The notes below the pieces were generated by a model. The model worked only from the letters and a program-made list of their open reading frames with translations, was not told the origin of the DNA and ran no database searches. A stretch of 62,447 nt of DNA, counting the filler, from Squatina squatina (taxonomy: Eukaryota), in assembly GCA_031763465.1 (NCBI GenBank). It is 3 parts of 3 records of this genome, joined end to end, with 100 filler letters (N's around TTAATTAATTAA, not from the genome) between each part and the next. Parts side by side here need not be neighbours in the genome. Positions count along the whole stretch, not along the records: positions 16,832 to 40,438 come from JARFOE010000176.1; positions 40,539 to 62,447 come from JARFOE010000203.1; 1 more part is not named here. One strand, 5' to 3'. Shown piece by piece: positions 26,281 to 40,817 of this stretch. Both the position numbers and the translations under genes were made by a program. How positions within the stretch are numbered: the stretch's first letter is position 1; each line of letters begins with the position of its first letter.

Positions 26281-28871
26281 GTAGGAGTTTGTTGTCAATT
26301 TTGGGGCCAGGTATAGGTTAGCTGTGAAGATTTGATGCAAACTGTCTTGTTATAGAACATATTGGGCTGCAGATAGATCGCCACATGTTTATTTGACCAC
26401 AATTTGGTCTCGTGATCTAATAGCATCAATCAAAACTGGCAGTAATCTGCTGGAACAGCAAAACACATCCATTTGGGCAGTCAATGTTGCATAGATAAAG
26501 TCAATATTAAAGTCAAATGGCTGCAAAGTGCCTAACAGAAATATAAGGTGCTGTTCCTCGAACTTGCATTGAGCTTCATTGTAACAGTGTATACGGCCAA
26601 TAACACTGAGGTTAGAGTGGGAGTGGGATGGGGAATTGAAGTATCAAGTGACAGAGCTTGGGGATGTACTTGTGGATGGAACAAAAATATATATGGTGCA
26701 GCAAAAAAACATTGTTTCATGTAAAACAGTGGTAATGAATTATGCTGAGCTGCACTTTTGTACAATGTACTGGCCTAAGTCAATTATGCTTAGAACATTT
26801 GTGATTGATGAAAGATTATTAAAACTACTCAATAGCAGGGCACCAGTCTTTTTCCTGACAAATCAATGCAAACCGAATTCTGAAAACTGCACCATCAACA
26901 AGAAACAAATTAAGCTATGCTTCAGGATTCTGCAGAAGACACAGTCAGGGACATAATGTAATTTCTTCAATAAAAAAAGAGAAACAAGTTGTAATTTATT
27001 TTGCATCAGTTGCAAGAGCATTTCCCACTAAACAGGAAACTAAAGGCTAGCTATGTTGTTCACTCTCATTACTAGTAATATGTCCTTAAATTTTCATTCA
27101 TTGACCACANNNNNNNNNNCTTGTGTACCAGGGAGCAACATAAACAAGACCATCCTAATATGTCCTCTGATGGAAACAAAGCTACTCACTGCATGCTGTA
27201 AATTTCTTCCACAGCTGAGCAGATTAATTGCCATACCAATTAAACTAATAGGATGAGAAGTGCTGTACACAAAGGCCATTTAAAAATGTGCCATGGGTCA
27301 GGAAGGTGCGAACAAACAAATCTTCTCATTAATGAGAGCGAGATCTGGGTGGGATTTTTTTTTGATTCTCAAAAACCTAGACAGAAAGAGCTAAATACAG
27401 TTGTTCTTCATCAGGAGATAATTACATGCTCAAGTATACTGGTGACAAGATGCCAAATGACTGCAATGATGCTTACATGTCTGGACAGAATCATAGAGTT
27501 GTATAAACATGCACATTTGAAACACTAGGTTGGAAGGATTGGTTGCNNNNNNNNNNNNNNNNNNNNNNNNNNNNNNNNNNNNNNNNNNNNNNNNNNNNNN
27601 NNNNNNNNNNNNNNNNNNNNNNNNNNNNNNNNNNNNNNNNNNNNNNCCATGTTAAATGCTGTGTTAAGTGCCAGCCAGCCTGTGCTAATTATCGCACTGA
27701 TGCCAGTGAGCAGGTTACTCACGCACAGCCAAATGTACCTCTGTTAAACCCGGATGTGTGTGCGTTGGAGCCAGGTTGCAGTCGCGCTTCAGTTTTCCCT
27801 GAACTTTACTACCCACCCAACCCCAACCCACCCGTTCATGGGTCTAAAAATTTGTTTATTACAAAAGCTTGGTATTTGCAAATGTTTTAAACCAGTCTTA
27901 AGAGCACAAGTGGTCAAATATAAATATATTTTGATGCCAGCTGACTAAAAAAGTATTCAAATTATTGGTGCAAAGCTTTTAAAGGTAATCATCCCATGTG
28001 GTAAACTCAGTTCAGATAAAAAAAGCCATTTCTCACAAATCTTTCAATCTGAGCTATAATTTCAAGTTTAGCATTTTGAGTGACTAGTTGAAACGCTGAA
28101 AATGGATTATTTTTGTTAAAATTCTTGTTAAAATTGAAGTCCAGCTAATTGGAGGAGGTAATATTTTGAATCATGCAGATTCTCGCATACCAGAGTGAAA
28201 GAAAGGAATAAAAGAGAGGGAGTTAGAAAAGATACTTCAATATGTGACCAAGGCTTTGGCCAGACGATCATCTCAAGCTCGAGATCTGTGACACAGTAAA
28301 ATCACCGGTAATTTTTATCAAACGTGTCCCATGTATATATGGAATTATTATGAATATTTATCATTGTATATGTATAACTATTGCTAGTAATAGTTAGCAT
28401 TATATATGTGTCATTATAGGTATTAATAGTTATTGCATGTTTAACTCCTTTGAAAACCAATAAATGCCTTTGAGCCCTATTATCCTGTGGAATAACTTAT
28501 AAATTTATGTGAGAACATCCATTCGCTAACACTGGGACCAGTAAAGCACACTGTTCTCGCACCACAGTGCCNNNNNNNNNNNNNNNNNNNNNNNNNNNNN
28601 NNNNNNNNNNNNNNNNNNNNNNNNNNNNNNNNNNNNNNNNNNNNNNNNNNNNNNNNNNNNNNNNNNNNNNNTCTGACTCCAGCAGGGCTCCTGGCTCAGG
28701 TGAGCTCCAAGAGTCTCTGGAGAAAGAGAGCCGAAGAGAGAGGGCGGGCTTACAGGAATCACCTGACTTTATACTCCACCCACCGGGGTTGCTGTAGGTG
28801 TACCGAGCAAAGTCACAACCCAGTTCCTGAGACATTGCATAAAGTCAAAATCCATTCCCAGTACATAACTC

Positions 28872-29110
28872 TGCTTTTCTTCGAAATAGTGCCATGGAAT
28901 CTTTTATGTCCACCTGAGAGAGCAGAGTGGACCTCGGTTTAACATCTCATCCAAAAGACGACACCTCTGACACTGCTACACTGCAGCACTCCCTCACTAC
29001 TGCGCTGGAGTGACAGCCCAGATTTCTATGCTCAAGTCTCTGGAGTGGGACTTGAACCCACAACCTTCTGTCTCAGAGGTGAGGGTGCAGCCCACTGAGC
29101 CACAGCTGGC
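28872..29110 (-). mobile_element. SacSINE1-type SINE 5' half
   Basis: Reverse complement of gtggctcagtggg...gggttcaagtcccactccagagacttgagca plus core. Confidence 0.87.
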
Positions 29111-31600
29111 ACAATGTTTGACAGATATACTTTTTAAAAACAAATCTTCTTTGCACTCAGTTACAGATTATTCCCATGGTGTTACTTAAGCTGATTGTAT
29201 TGTAATAATGATCATCTGAAATTAAAGAAGAGGACAGTAGAAATGATTATGTCCACAGAATAAATGACAGAACACGGCGCAGCACATTGCACACAACTCT
29301 GGAACCAGAGCAGGTGACCACAGAATTACTGTGAAGCAAGTAAATTCACCACTTGACTATAAGTTATCTTTATTGAGAAGCCTAGCTGAAGAATAGGCCC
29401 ATAGCGTACAACACCACTGAGGCTGAGAATGGCAAGAATGAAGACTGGCTAAATCAAGAAGTGTTGAAGTAATCCCAAGTTTGCACAGTAGGAGGGTAAC
29501 AATGGGATTAAAATGCAATTTGCTTAGATTAGAAAACATACTTTTAGAAAGGAGAAGTAATTATTTGATTAATAAACAAAAATAAGCATTCAATTTAACT
29601 TAAAAAGGCTTACTTGTAAGTGCCTTTTTCTGTCATCATGATTGCTCTGCTCAACAATCTTAATCCTTTCTAACAACTACAAGTGGCACCAGGAGTGCTT
29701 AAAATGGACACAGAGGAATAGACGTACTGTTGGCCTCAATTAAACCAGACATCTATCCAGAGATTGTCTGCCTAAAGACAGACCATCCACTTTTAATTAA
29801 AGAGGATAAGTTTAGCAGAAATTGCCACACCAGCATCTGTCAGTATACATGATTAATTTGTGCTAAAGTACGCAACAACATCTTGTAATGGTAGACAGCC
29901 GGTGCCACATACTTACACAAGACTTGTTATTCCTTTTCTATTCATGTCAGCAGTCGCTAAGTATGACCTTGGAATGGATTCTGGCTCTTTTGAGTATTTT
30001 AAATGTCTCATCTGGTATCATACGAACTCTTCAATGCAATCGTTACAAGGTGTAAAAATGCAATGCAGTTTAATGACCCATTTAAATCTTAAAACAATAC
30101 TATTAAAATAAGATCCAAAGTCCTACCTACTATGCTGCTCCTGATAAACAATGAAGTGGCATTCACATCTTTGCTGATTTTAGCAAAAAGGAAGACATAA
30201 GTGTAATGCAAGGAGAAAGAACTAATAGACTACTCTGTATTTGAAGTGCCCTGGAGATTCCTGTCACTTGGAAAAAAGAAGTTAAAAAGGCTAATGGAAA
30301 GGAAGGGAGAAGTGTGATTTTTTTCTTGTCCAAAAGCCAGACAAGCGGCTGACNNNNNNNNNNNNNNNNNNNNNNNNNNNNNNNNNNNNNNNNNNNNNNN
30401 NNNNNNNNNNNNNNNNNNNNNNNNNNNNNNNNNNNNNNNNNNNNNNNNNNNNNCCCTGGCAGCTATGATGCATTGTGTGAATTCATTTCTGTCATGTAAT
30501 TTTTATCAGACGTGATGGCATCTTCATCATATGGTAATTAGCCAAAAAAAGTTCAAAAACAAGTTGATGTCTGGAAACAGAACTCTGATCCCCCAGTTTC
30601 CTTGAAGGAGAAGAGCACATGTTTTCAGCTAAGATGGAGCAAAATCAATGAAGCACTACTTACCAGTTGATTAATAATACCATCTTTTTCATTGCACATT
30701 TAATGACACTTCACTTTATAGATTCTCTAGGATGTTGATAGCCAATATAAGAAGAATATTTATCAGAAAATGAATGGCAGATGGATTTTTCCTCTAATGT
30801 TAACTTGAAATAATTTTCTGCCTGACACTATTCCACCAAATTACTGAGGTGTTGCTGGAGATCTGAACCAATCTATCTATCTATCTTCCTATCGACACAT
30901 ATATCTTGTGTGCACTAGGCACAATAGTTAGCTTTGAGCACTATCTAGCAATCAGAATGGTTTCACATTAGGCTTTGTTAGCTCTCAAGCATGAATGCTA
31001 CACTGCCAGGATGCATTACAGCTTTTGCAATTTTAATAATGTTTTGATTGCTGAGAATTGTATTATTTTCACTTTTTGATAAATTATTCACTATAAAACA
31101 GGACTATATTATTCAGACATAGCTCAAAAGAATATCACAGCTAGGAATTTGCAAACATGGGTATTTTTTTTAATGCATGCGCCACATTTGAATTCAAAGC
31201 AGCATCTGGTTATTTAAAGGCTGCCACGGCTGGTACTTCAGTAAACGCATTTCCCCATGCTCAGTTAGCACTCACTGCATTACCATTTAGATAAAAGCTG
31301 ACGGAATAAATGCTCTGAATTCTTTTTNNNNNNNNNNNNNNNNNNNNNNNNNNNNNNNNNNNNNNNNNNNNNNNNNNNNNNNNNNNNNNNNNNNNNNNNN
31401 NNNNNNNNNNNNNNNNNNNNNNNNNNNNNNNNNNNNNNNNNNNNNNNNNNNNNNNNNNNNNNNNNNNNNNNNNNNNNNNNNNNNNNNNNNNNNNNNNNNN
31501 NNNNNNNNNNNNNNNNNNNNNNNNNNNNNNNNNNNNNNNNNNNNNNNNNNNNNNNNNNNNNNNNNNNNNNNNNNNNNNNNNNNNNNNNNNNNNNNNNNNN

Positions 31601-31790
31601 TATCGCTAAGAACAGATGATCGGGTCATTATCATATTGCTGTTTGTGGGAGCTTGCTGTGCGCAAATTGGCTGCTGCCTTTCCCACATGACAACAGTGAC
31701 TGCACTCCAAAAATTACTTCATTGGCTGTAAAGCGCTTTGAGATGTCTTGAGGTCACGAAAGGCGCTATAGAAATGTAAGCCTTTCTTTT
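31601..31790 (+). mobile_element. SacSINE1-type SINE 3' half
   Basis: gtcattatcatattgctgtttgtgggagcttgctgtgcgcaaattggctgc...gaaaggcgctata. Confidence 0.87.
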
Positions 31791-34700
31791 ATAAATCATG
31801 TCAACTTGTGAGCAGTACCTTCATGATGCTTAAGCCGGGAAATAAATTTGCTTTTTTTTTTTGAAGACAGTGCCCCTTTAAGGGAAATGAACGAAGTGAT
31901 TTTGTAACATGTCCTTATTACATTTCCATGTGTGCTAATTTTACACAGGGATTGAAATGGTGTATCGCCTGTGTAAAAGCAGTGATGCAGTCGGAACACA
32001 TTCAATGAATATATGTGAACTTCTCTGATTAAAACTCATCCTATAGTGTTCAAAAGTAGGAAGGTGGGTGGGGGGAATTAAAAATGAGTCCCTTTTTTTT
32101 AAACCTTTACTACTCAACCATTAAGATATTTTGACTTTTATCAAACAACTCCTTCACAATTGAAATTTTTCATTCCCCTACACTTTCAAAGCTGCTTCAG
32201 TGCCCTATTACCAAACCAGCTGGACAAATTCATTTAAAACAAGCAACAATAAACTTATGCTATCTGGAGAATATGCTCCTAGTGTACGAAAATGAACCTG
32301 TCTTATATTACAGACTTGAAATGAATTACAATAGAGGTCAATGGTTCTTTTTCAACATAGAGGTTAATGTAGGCTGTGGTTTGTATGAAATGTAATAGGA
32401 ACCAGAAAATAAATAAGGGGAAATAAATATGCCTCCCAGGGAAGGTGACATTTACTACGCTCCTGGCATTATCAGCTATTTTATCAACCTTAATTAGAAG
32501 AGATAACCCATGGCCCTCATGGGATAAAATATGCAATGTATGGACTGAAATTTGTTCTTCTGGTCACCTTGACTAAACAGCCATCTGTCTATTCCAGCAC
32601 ATTTTTGTTAGAACAAAGATGTTTCTAATTTAATAAATCATCCCACAAGCAAGATTATAAATTTTGAGAAGCCAGCATTATGCAGCAAAAATATTTGACC
32701 TGTTCACATGCTTATATTTAATGGAACGTGGAAGTGTTGGGCAGGTAAAATTAAGCTCTACTGGCAGCAGAAGGGCAAAACTGCGAACAAAGCTTTCAAG
32801 ATGCCTCAGTTNNNNNNNNNNNNNNNNNNNNNNNNNNNNNNNNGCCTCGTGTGTGTTGGGTAGAGGTCATCTGTATTATCAGGCGCTGAGACTGTTGCCT
32901 ATGGAGCTGAGGGTCCGTGTGCCTGGCGTCTGCTGGGCTCATTAAGCGAGCAAAAGAAAATTGAATTTTCATGGTCCCCTTATAAAACAGATGCTGTATG
33001 ATTGATCTGTTCAGCCATTTTGGTTCCTGTTCTTTTACAGGGGAGTCCTTTTGGTAGCTGCATGTTAACCCAGTGATTTCATTGTTTCATTTCATTAGGT
33101 CCTTGAGTATTTCACTGCTTGTTAGAGCTGAATTCCGCCTGCANNNNNNNNNNNNNNNNNNNNNNNNNNNNNNNNNNNNNNNNNNNNNNNNNNNNNNNNN
33201 NNNNNNNNNNNNNNNNNNNNNNNNNNNNNNNNNNNNNNNNNNNCTTCACAGGCCGCTCTCTCATGCAATTCTATAGCTCATGAGGCTGCACTCTGCAAAA
33301 CTGAGATAAGCATCGCCAACTATGCTTTGTGAATCATGAATGCACTTGGAGGAAGACAACTTTTCAGTGTGTAAAACTTTTATATTAAGCATTCTAAAAT
33401 TGCAATCTGCTGGCTCTTGATAAGTTCTCCTTCCCTTGATGACAGCTTGCCAGTAGAATGTGCAGCACACAGTTGCTCGAGTGTAGCCTGCCAACTGCCA
33501 AAATATTAATGATTTTACAGTGTCTCACTCAGATTTTCATTTCAGGATTGACAGTGTTTCTAATGGATTGTTATGTTTCAAAGGTTTCATTCATTATAAT
33601 TTAATTCAGTTGTTAATATAAAATGTTAAAATCTTAATCAAAGTGCAAATGTTTCAAGCAATTTTTGTTCATATAATGCTTCATAGTTGAGCATTTGGTT
33701 ATTGCACAGAGAAAGAAATAACACTAGAAACCTAAATGCAGGATAAGTTAATGCCAACATAGATTTATTTCAATTTAATCCTTTTTAATTGAGAAACTTA
33801 GACCAAGAGCCTTGACCAATAACGATTGAGCAGAGTCGAAGGGAACAATTCAACGGCTGTTTTTCCAGCGTAAAATTGGTATTGACTCTCTGAATCTTGC
33901 GTCGTGATCTGCCGCACCAAACTGCACTGGAAGTGCGCCTGATGTCATTGGATTGGGTGACTTTTAGTCATCCAGGGCGCCCGCTTAAATATGTAAATTG
34001 GGGACCTACACCTACTGAAGGACCCAAAATAAAAAGTTCACATACAAATGGGCATAGCCTCGCATGCTCCACCTAGTTGAAAAAGGTCTTCAGTGGCCTA
34101 ACCAATGGTCCTTAAAGGGATCGCGGGAGAGCTCTCAAAAAAATGCCCAAGGAATTTTCAATTTTTTTTGTGGTCCAAAGAAAGTCCACCGCAGTTCTGC
34201 CAAATTCCATGACTTATCGGCCCTGAAATTCCAGTCGGAGCCTCCCCGTAGGTGCAGGCCTCCGCCCAGAAAGACTTTTACGAATATACAGCCTTGCATT
34301 CCTGGGCCTCTATGCGAACGCCAGTGTAGACCCCAGGTATCCTAGCAGTGAANNNNNNNNNNNNNNNNNNNNNNNNNNNNNNNNNNNNNNNNNNNNNNNN
34401 NNNNNNNNNNNNNNNNNNNNNNNNNNNNNNNNNNNNNNNNNNNNNNNNNNNNACTCCTGCTCCTATTTTTCATGTTTCTATATTTCTATGAAGTGTTATG
34501 GGAGGCATTTGTTTTGTTCTAAAGCCTCTTGAACCGTGGCACAGGGAGTATTAAAATCCAAGATTGTGTACATGGATCAAGAAGACCCAGAATGACTTGC
34601 AACCATTTTTAAAAACAAATGGTTTGTAAAATACTGTTTACAACAATTTTTGTAACTGCATCATCTGTAGCCATAAAAATGTGTGAAGTATCAGCAAATT

Positions 34701-36921
34701 GATTAAGCAGCTGGAAAACGAACAAACCTCCAGCAAATTCAACTTAGGCATAAGTTGAACACTTAGGCATAAGTGACTTTCATTTTTAGGTGTATTTAGG
34801 CTTCCCTCTTTGTGTCTATTTGATGGTTCATGCATTGGTCTTTTATTCTCTATTACATTTCAACCTTGCTCTAACTGTTTCATTCTTGTCTCAAATATGA
34901 TTGCGTGGTGTCTATTCTGTGGGGCTATCTCTCTTGCAATTCTATTTTCTGTTTTATTTATCTCAGACTATCCAGTCTTCTCAGTTATATCTATCTCATT
35001 CACAGATCATTGTCAACATTTATCTCTTTTTACCTGTCTTTCAAAGATCACTGCTATTATTTTTTCAGATTTACCTATCCCTTTCAAAAGGTTACTTTAA
35101 TTATTTTTCTGGATTTACCTGTCCTGTTCATGGATTGTTCTAACTTGTTATTCTGCTTCATCGCTCTGCCTCAAAGATTGTTTCTAAATCTCCTACTTTC
35201 TGTATTACTTTCAAATATATGTTCAGCTTCTGCTTTATTGTTTCTCTAAAATAGTTCCAATGTTTCTTTTTGCTTCACCTGCCCTGTCAAATATTGTTGG
35301 TGTTTTGCAGATCTGTCAAGTTGCCGCAAAGAAAGATAATAACACATTTTTTTTCAGTGTTTCACCCTGTCAAATTCCATATCTTATAGATCTTGGGGGT
35401 GAAATTGATTAACAGCAGTAGCACAAGATGGGCTGATAGTGAATCGGCAGAGGGTTTACACTGTGCCCAATTTTCTTTTCAATTAACTGCAACAGAAAAG
35501 AAAATCNNNNNNNNNNNNNNNNNNNNNNNNNNNNNNNNNNNNNNNNNNNNNNNNNNNNNNNNNNNNNNNNNNNNNNNNNNNNNNNNNNNNNNNNNNNNNN
35601 NNNNNNTGACTTCAAAATTTTAATTCTCTCTTTCGATCCCTTCATGGTCTCGTTCCATCCTATCTTAGCCTTCTCTCCCACCTTTACATCCCTTTACCCA
35701 TTCTGCACTCCTCCAACACTGGGCTACTCATTTTCCTTGTTCATTTACTTCTCCAATGGCAGCCACTCGCTCAATCGCTATGCCACTATTCTTTGAAACT
35801 AACTCCATAGTTCCCTCTGCTTTGCCCTGTTTTAAATCTCCTCCAAACCCTTCTTTTGAAAGCAGGGACAGAGATGCTTTCAGCACCCCCCACCCCCGTC
35901 ATCTTAACATTCTTCGTTTTCTATTATCTTTCTTCTCAGTGTCCAGTTTTTTCCTACTTAATGAGACATTTTCCTGCGTCTGATGAAAGGTATAGAAATT
36001 CAGGTCATTCTTGTTGAGTAGGCTAAATGATTCTTAATCATTTAATTGTAAAATATGCTCTTGCTCTGCTAATTTATATTTCTCAAATAATAAAATTCTT
36101 TCAGCATTCACATGATTTTTATTACTCAGCCTGTGTGCAAGGCAAGTAATATAATTTAAACTAGCTGGATAACAGTGTCAGTGGCATTGTGTTGACCTTG
36201 AGAATTGCCTGTTGCCATGAGAACTTAAGCATCTACCATTAATACATACACACAACTTAACATTCGGGACATGGCACTCACGAGCTCTGTAATTATGCAT
36301 AGATAAGATTATATGCCTTTTCTAAATGAATTTCTACAATGCTTTCTGCTGATAAACTCAAATGGCATATACTATCCTTACAAAATATGTAGGTTACATT
36401 GAAAAGTTGGTAAAATAGTTTCTTACAGCAATGAGACGAATCAGAGCTAATAGAAATATGTACGTATCTTATTTAGACACAACCCAAGTAATTTATTTTT
36501 TCCAGGTTAAAAATGTATGTGTGCTTTAAAACACTTGTCCATGTTGCCCTCCATAGAGGCAGCAGAATCATTCAGTGCACACCTACCACTGCCCCATATC
36601 ACTGCAAACCCTATAGCAGCAATGACAACGCGAAAGTCATTAACAACTCCGTCAGATTTGGTCAGCAAACCTGTCTGAGAAAGAGCTGACAGTGGAGTTC
36701 AAGACTGGTATGGCAGAAGTCTGATAAGACTGGCTATGGGGAGCTCTGCTAAGAATGTCTCTATAGTTGCTATGCATTCCACAGTGGACCGTAGAGTTTT
36801 TATCTTGTACAATCAAAACAGNNNNNNNNNNNNNNNNNNNNNNNNNNNNNNNNNNNNNNNNNNNNNNNNNNNNNNNNNNNNNNNNNNNNNNNNNNNNNNN
36901 NNNNNNNNNNNNNNNNNNNNN

Positions 36922-38150
36922 CTTTGATCTGATCCGTTGATTGTGGGATCGCTTAGCCCTGTTTATAGCACGCTGCTTCTGCTTTTTAGCTTGCATGTAG
37001 TCCTGTGTTGTAGTTTCCCCAGGTTGGTACCTCATTTTTAAGTACGCCTGGTGCTGCTCCTGGCATGCTTTTCTACACTCCTCATTGAACCAGGGTTGGT
37101 CCCCTGGCTTGATGGTAATGGTAGAGTGAGGGATATGCTGGGCCATGAGGTTACAGATTGTGGTGGAATACAATTCTGCTGTTGCTGATGGCCCACAGCA
37201 CCTCATGGATACCCAGTTTTGAGCTGCTAGATCTGTTCTGAATCTATCCCATTTAGCACGGTGGTAGTGCCACTCAACACGATGGAGGATGTCCTCAGTG
37301 TGAAGACAGGACTTCGTCTTCAAAATGACTGTGCGGTGGTCACTGCTACCAATGCTGTCATGGACAGATGCATCTGCGACAGCTAGATTGATGAGGAAGA
37401 GATCAAGTAGATTTTTCCCTCATGTTGGTTCTCTCACCACCAGCTGCAGGCCCAGTCTGGCAGTAATGTCCTTCAGGACTCGGCCAGCTCTGTCACTATT
37501 GGTGCTACCGAGCCACTCTTGGTGATGGACATTGAAGTCCCCAACTCAGAGTATATTCTGTGCCCTTGCAAGTGCTTCTTCCAAGTGGTGTTCAATATGG
37601 AGGAGTATGAGCTGAGGGAGGGTGGTCGGTGGTAATCAGCAGGAGCTTTCCTTGCCCATGCTTGAGACTACATGGGGTCCGGATCAACGTTGAGGACTCC
37701 CAGGGCCACTCCCTCCCGAATGTGCTGCCACTCCTGGTGGGTCTGCCCTGCCGGTGGGACAGGACATAACCAGGGATGGTGATGGAGGAGTCTGGGACGT
37801 TGGCTGAAAGGTATGACTCTGTGTGTATGACTATGTCAGGCTGTTGCTTGACTAGTCTGTAGGACAGCTCTCCCAGTTTTGGCACAATTCCCCAGATGTT
37901 GGTGAGGAAGGTCGACTGGGCTGGGTGTGCTGTTGTCGTGTCTGTAGCCGGTGCTGAGGTCGATGCCGGGTGGTCTGTCCAGTTTTATTCTTATTATTGT
38001 TTGCCGTAGTGGTTTGTTACAATTGAGTGGCTTGCTATGCAATTTCACAGAGCAGTTAAGAGTCAACCACACTGCTGTGGGTTTGGAATCACATATAGGC
38101 CAGACCAGGTAAAGCGGCAGACTTCCTTCCCTAAAGGACATGAATGAACT
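36922..38150 (-). mobile_element. Non-LTR retrotransposon (CR1/L2 group) 5' part with apurinic endonuclease domain, frameshifted
   Basis: PKLGELSYRLVKQQPDIVIHTESYL...IPGYVLSHRQ, then WHYHRAKWDRFRTDL...QPWFNEECRKA. Confidence 0.88.
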
Positions 38151-40482
38151 GCGTAATGCTGCCGTGTGTGCAGGGCCCTCCTCTTCATTAAAGGGAGGGT
38201 TAACCTGCCGACTCTGCAGGCGGGAAACTGGGCCATCCCTAGACCACTAGAGAGCGGGTTGCCGTGGCCGGGCTGCAAGTTCACGGAAAGGACCCCGTGA
38301 TCGACGACGAAGAAGCCCGTGGCAGCTTCAGGGGATGCTACTGAGTTTTCGCTCCAGGGCGAAAACGGGTCGTTGCGCACGGTGATGATGCCGTCCGTGC
38401 CGGCGCTACCACTAAACTCCCACACAAGTTCGCGGGAGCTGGTAGTGGAGCCGCGCCCGGGCAAAAAGTCGTTTGTGCCCCGGGGACACCAACGGGAGGT
38501 GCAAACGCCCTGAATTTCTCCCCCCATATCTTTACAGTCCAAAAAACTTCCCTTTTCCTCTAACCTTACCTTTTGCTCACTAGTCATCACTCCACCTATT
38601 TGTCCTCTGCACAGAACAAACCTGGCAGTTTATGCTCAATAGTATATTTTAGGAAATCTATTTATCTGCACAATCTTCAGTTAGCAGTAGCCCTTTATAA
38701 TGGTCAAGCTGGTGAGCAGCTGTTCTTCCTCACTTATGGCTACAGAATCCGTCCCCTGTTTCACTGATTTGTAACAGTCTTTCTCTGCTGTAAGGCATGT
38801 TTAATGCGAATTATCCTGATCTATTTAAAAGAAACCCTCTGTGCTTTTGACCCTGTCCTCCCTCCCAAGCAATTTGTGCCTCTGGTTTCCTTAACCTTTG
38901 TCTTTTAAAGTGCTGATTTATGTGCAGAGACCCCCAGGTTGTATTCTGCATAAATCAAAAAATTCTCTGGATAAAACACAAAACATTTGTTGTAATTCTG
39001 ACCTTGGTACATTGAAGATAAATTAATTAAAATTTATGTTGAACTTGTCATTTGATATTTGGTGCATTAATGTAAATAAGACAAGGTTTAGCCTAGGCAT
39101 ACTTATTAGCATGAATGCTGAAGTTTTAGAGCAGATGTTTAAAACTAGCTTTAATCTTGACCTTTTTATTAAAGATTTATCTTTGCTGTTTGCAGGTTCC
39201 TGACGGAGCAATGAACAAATTGCAGCACTAACCATAGACAGGTCTTCTTGTGACTCTGCCTGGTAGTCATGCTATAGAGGTCACAACCTAATTAATGTGG
39301 ATCACTGTTCTAGCCCCTCACGCTAAACTTAGTCAGTCTTAAAGGGCAAGTTCTAAGCTGCCACCAGGAACAATGGAGAATACGGGTGTCTTAATAGGGC
39401 AGAAAGAAACACAATCCATCACTTAGGCCCTTATCAGATGCCAACCTTCAGTCAAATCCCTACACATAATTGCCAGACGTTTGATTGTTCAACAGGCCTT
39501 TGTATCATTATGATAAATCTTCCTCTAAGCTCACCAAGAGGCACATTGGCCAATCACTTGTGACATTTGCCATTTTGGACCTGCCAGATCTACAAGTATT
39601 GAATTGCTCAAATGTTGAATCAAATTAATGCATGAAAAAATGAAATTGTACCTTTACAGTTTCCTGAGTTTTGCCTTCTGTTGTTAGTGAGAATTCAGAG
39701 ATTTTGTTTTGCTCAAGTTACNNNNNNNNNNNNNNNNNNNNNNNNNNNNNNNNNNNNNNNNNNNNNNNNNNNNNNNNNNNNNNNNNNNNNNNNNNNNNNN
39801 NNNNNNNNNNNNNNNNNNNNNCTAGGGGGCCCAATTGGTCTGGTTTAGACCCGTGGTAGCGCCAAAAAGTAGCACTACCTGGGTGCTAAAGCAGCGTTAG
39901 GCTGACGCTGACCATTTGGGCCCCCCTAGTGTCTACATGTAATCTGGGCTATAACCAAAGAAATGAATTTAACAAATACAAAAGCAATTTACTGAAAATA
40001 ACAGCTAAAACTGTTCAAATACAGAAGTGAGCATACAGAGTGTAGAGTTAGATTTTCAATTTCTGTTCATTTAGCAAATATATTAACTTATCAGGTATTT
40101 GCCTAACTGAAACTTATTGTATTATTGGGAATGCCACTATTATCATATTAATAAAGCATAGAGTTAGATCATGCTGTTTTATAACACATTGCCCGTGGTA
40201 CGTCTACAGCATGCAGTCTTCATAAAAAAAATCTCCTTCCCCTCCGGGGCATAATCTTCAGACAGAATAAAATCAACCCGACAATGCTGAGACTAAAGGC
40301 CCAGACAGTCAGCTCTAAAGACATATTACTGCTCAGGGCTAAGTCACTTCCAATATAACTGTCACTTGCTGCTATGTAAAATTTGTCGGGGGAGCAGTGT
40401 GTTTCAGTTAGTGTCAGAGAAAATCCCACATTTAGACANNNNNNNNNNNNNNNNNNNNNNNNNNNNNNNNNNNNNNNNNNNN

Positions 40483-40494
40483 TTAATTAATTAA
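40483..40494. other. Artificial scaffold-joining linker TTAATTAATTAA
   Basis: Same 44N+12+44N structure as at 16776. Confidence 0.95.
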
Positions 40495-40734
40495 NNNNNN
40501 NNNNNNNNNNNNNNNNNNNNNNNNNNNNNNNNNNNNNNAATGGGGTCAATTATATCATCAATGTTTAAAGAAGAACAAAGTCCTCTCTAACAGGTATCTA
40601 TCTATTGCTGACCAGATTCTATAAACATCTTGGCGAAGGCTCAGTAAATGCAAATGCTAGTGGGATTTCATAGTATTTAAAATGATGCAGCTTTCTACAC
40701 CCTGACACCGATCCTGTAGCTTTTTGTTTTACAG

Positions 40735-40817
40735 ATAACTGTAAGAAACTGGGCCTAATTTTTGATCATGTTGTTGGAATTGTGGAGGTCATTAATTCCA
40801 AGGATGTGAAAATTCAG
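40735..40817 (+). CDS. CAP1: Adenylyl cyclase-associated protein 1 exon (CARP domain)
   Basis: AG/GT bounded; [28 protein letters not shown]; tail-to-tail with PPT1 as for human CAP1. Confidence 0.9.

Noticed and set aside
38063-38590. 175-aa minus-strand ORF
   Set aside because: Spans a GC-rich repeat and a LINE 5' end; no recognisable domain or splice structure
16832-40438. Apparently compact AGBL4 gene with missing exons
   Set aside because: Gaps have nominal sizes and most of the locus is unassembled, so neither gene compaction nor exon loss can be inferred
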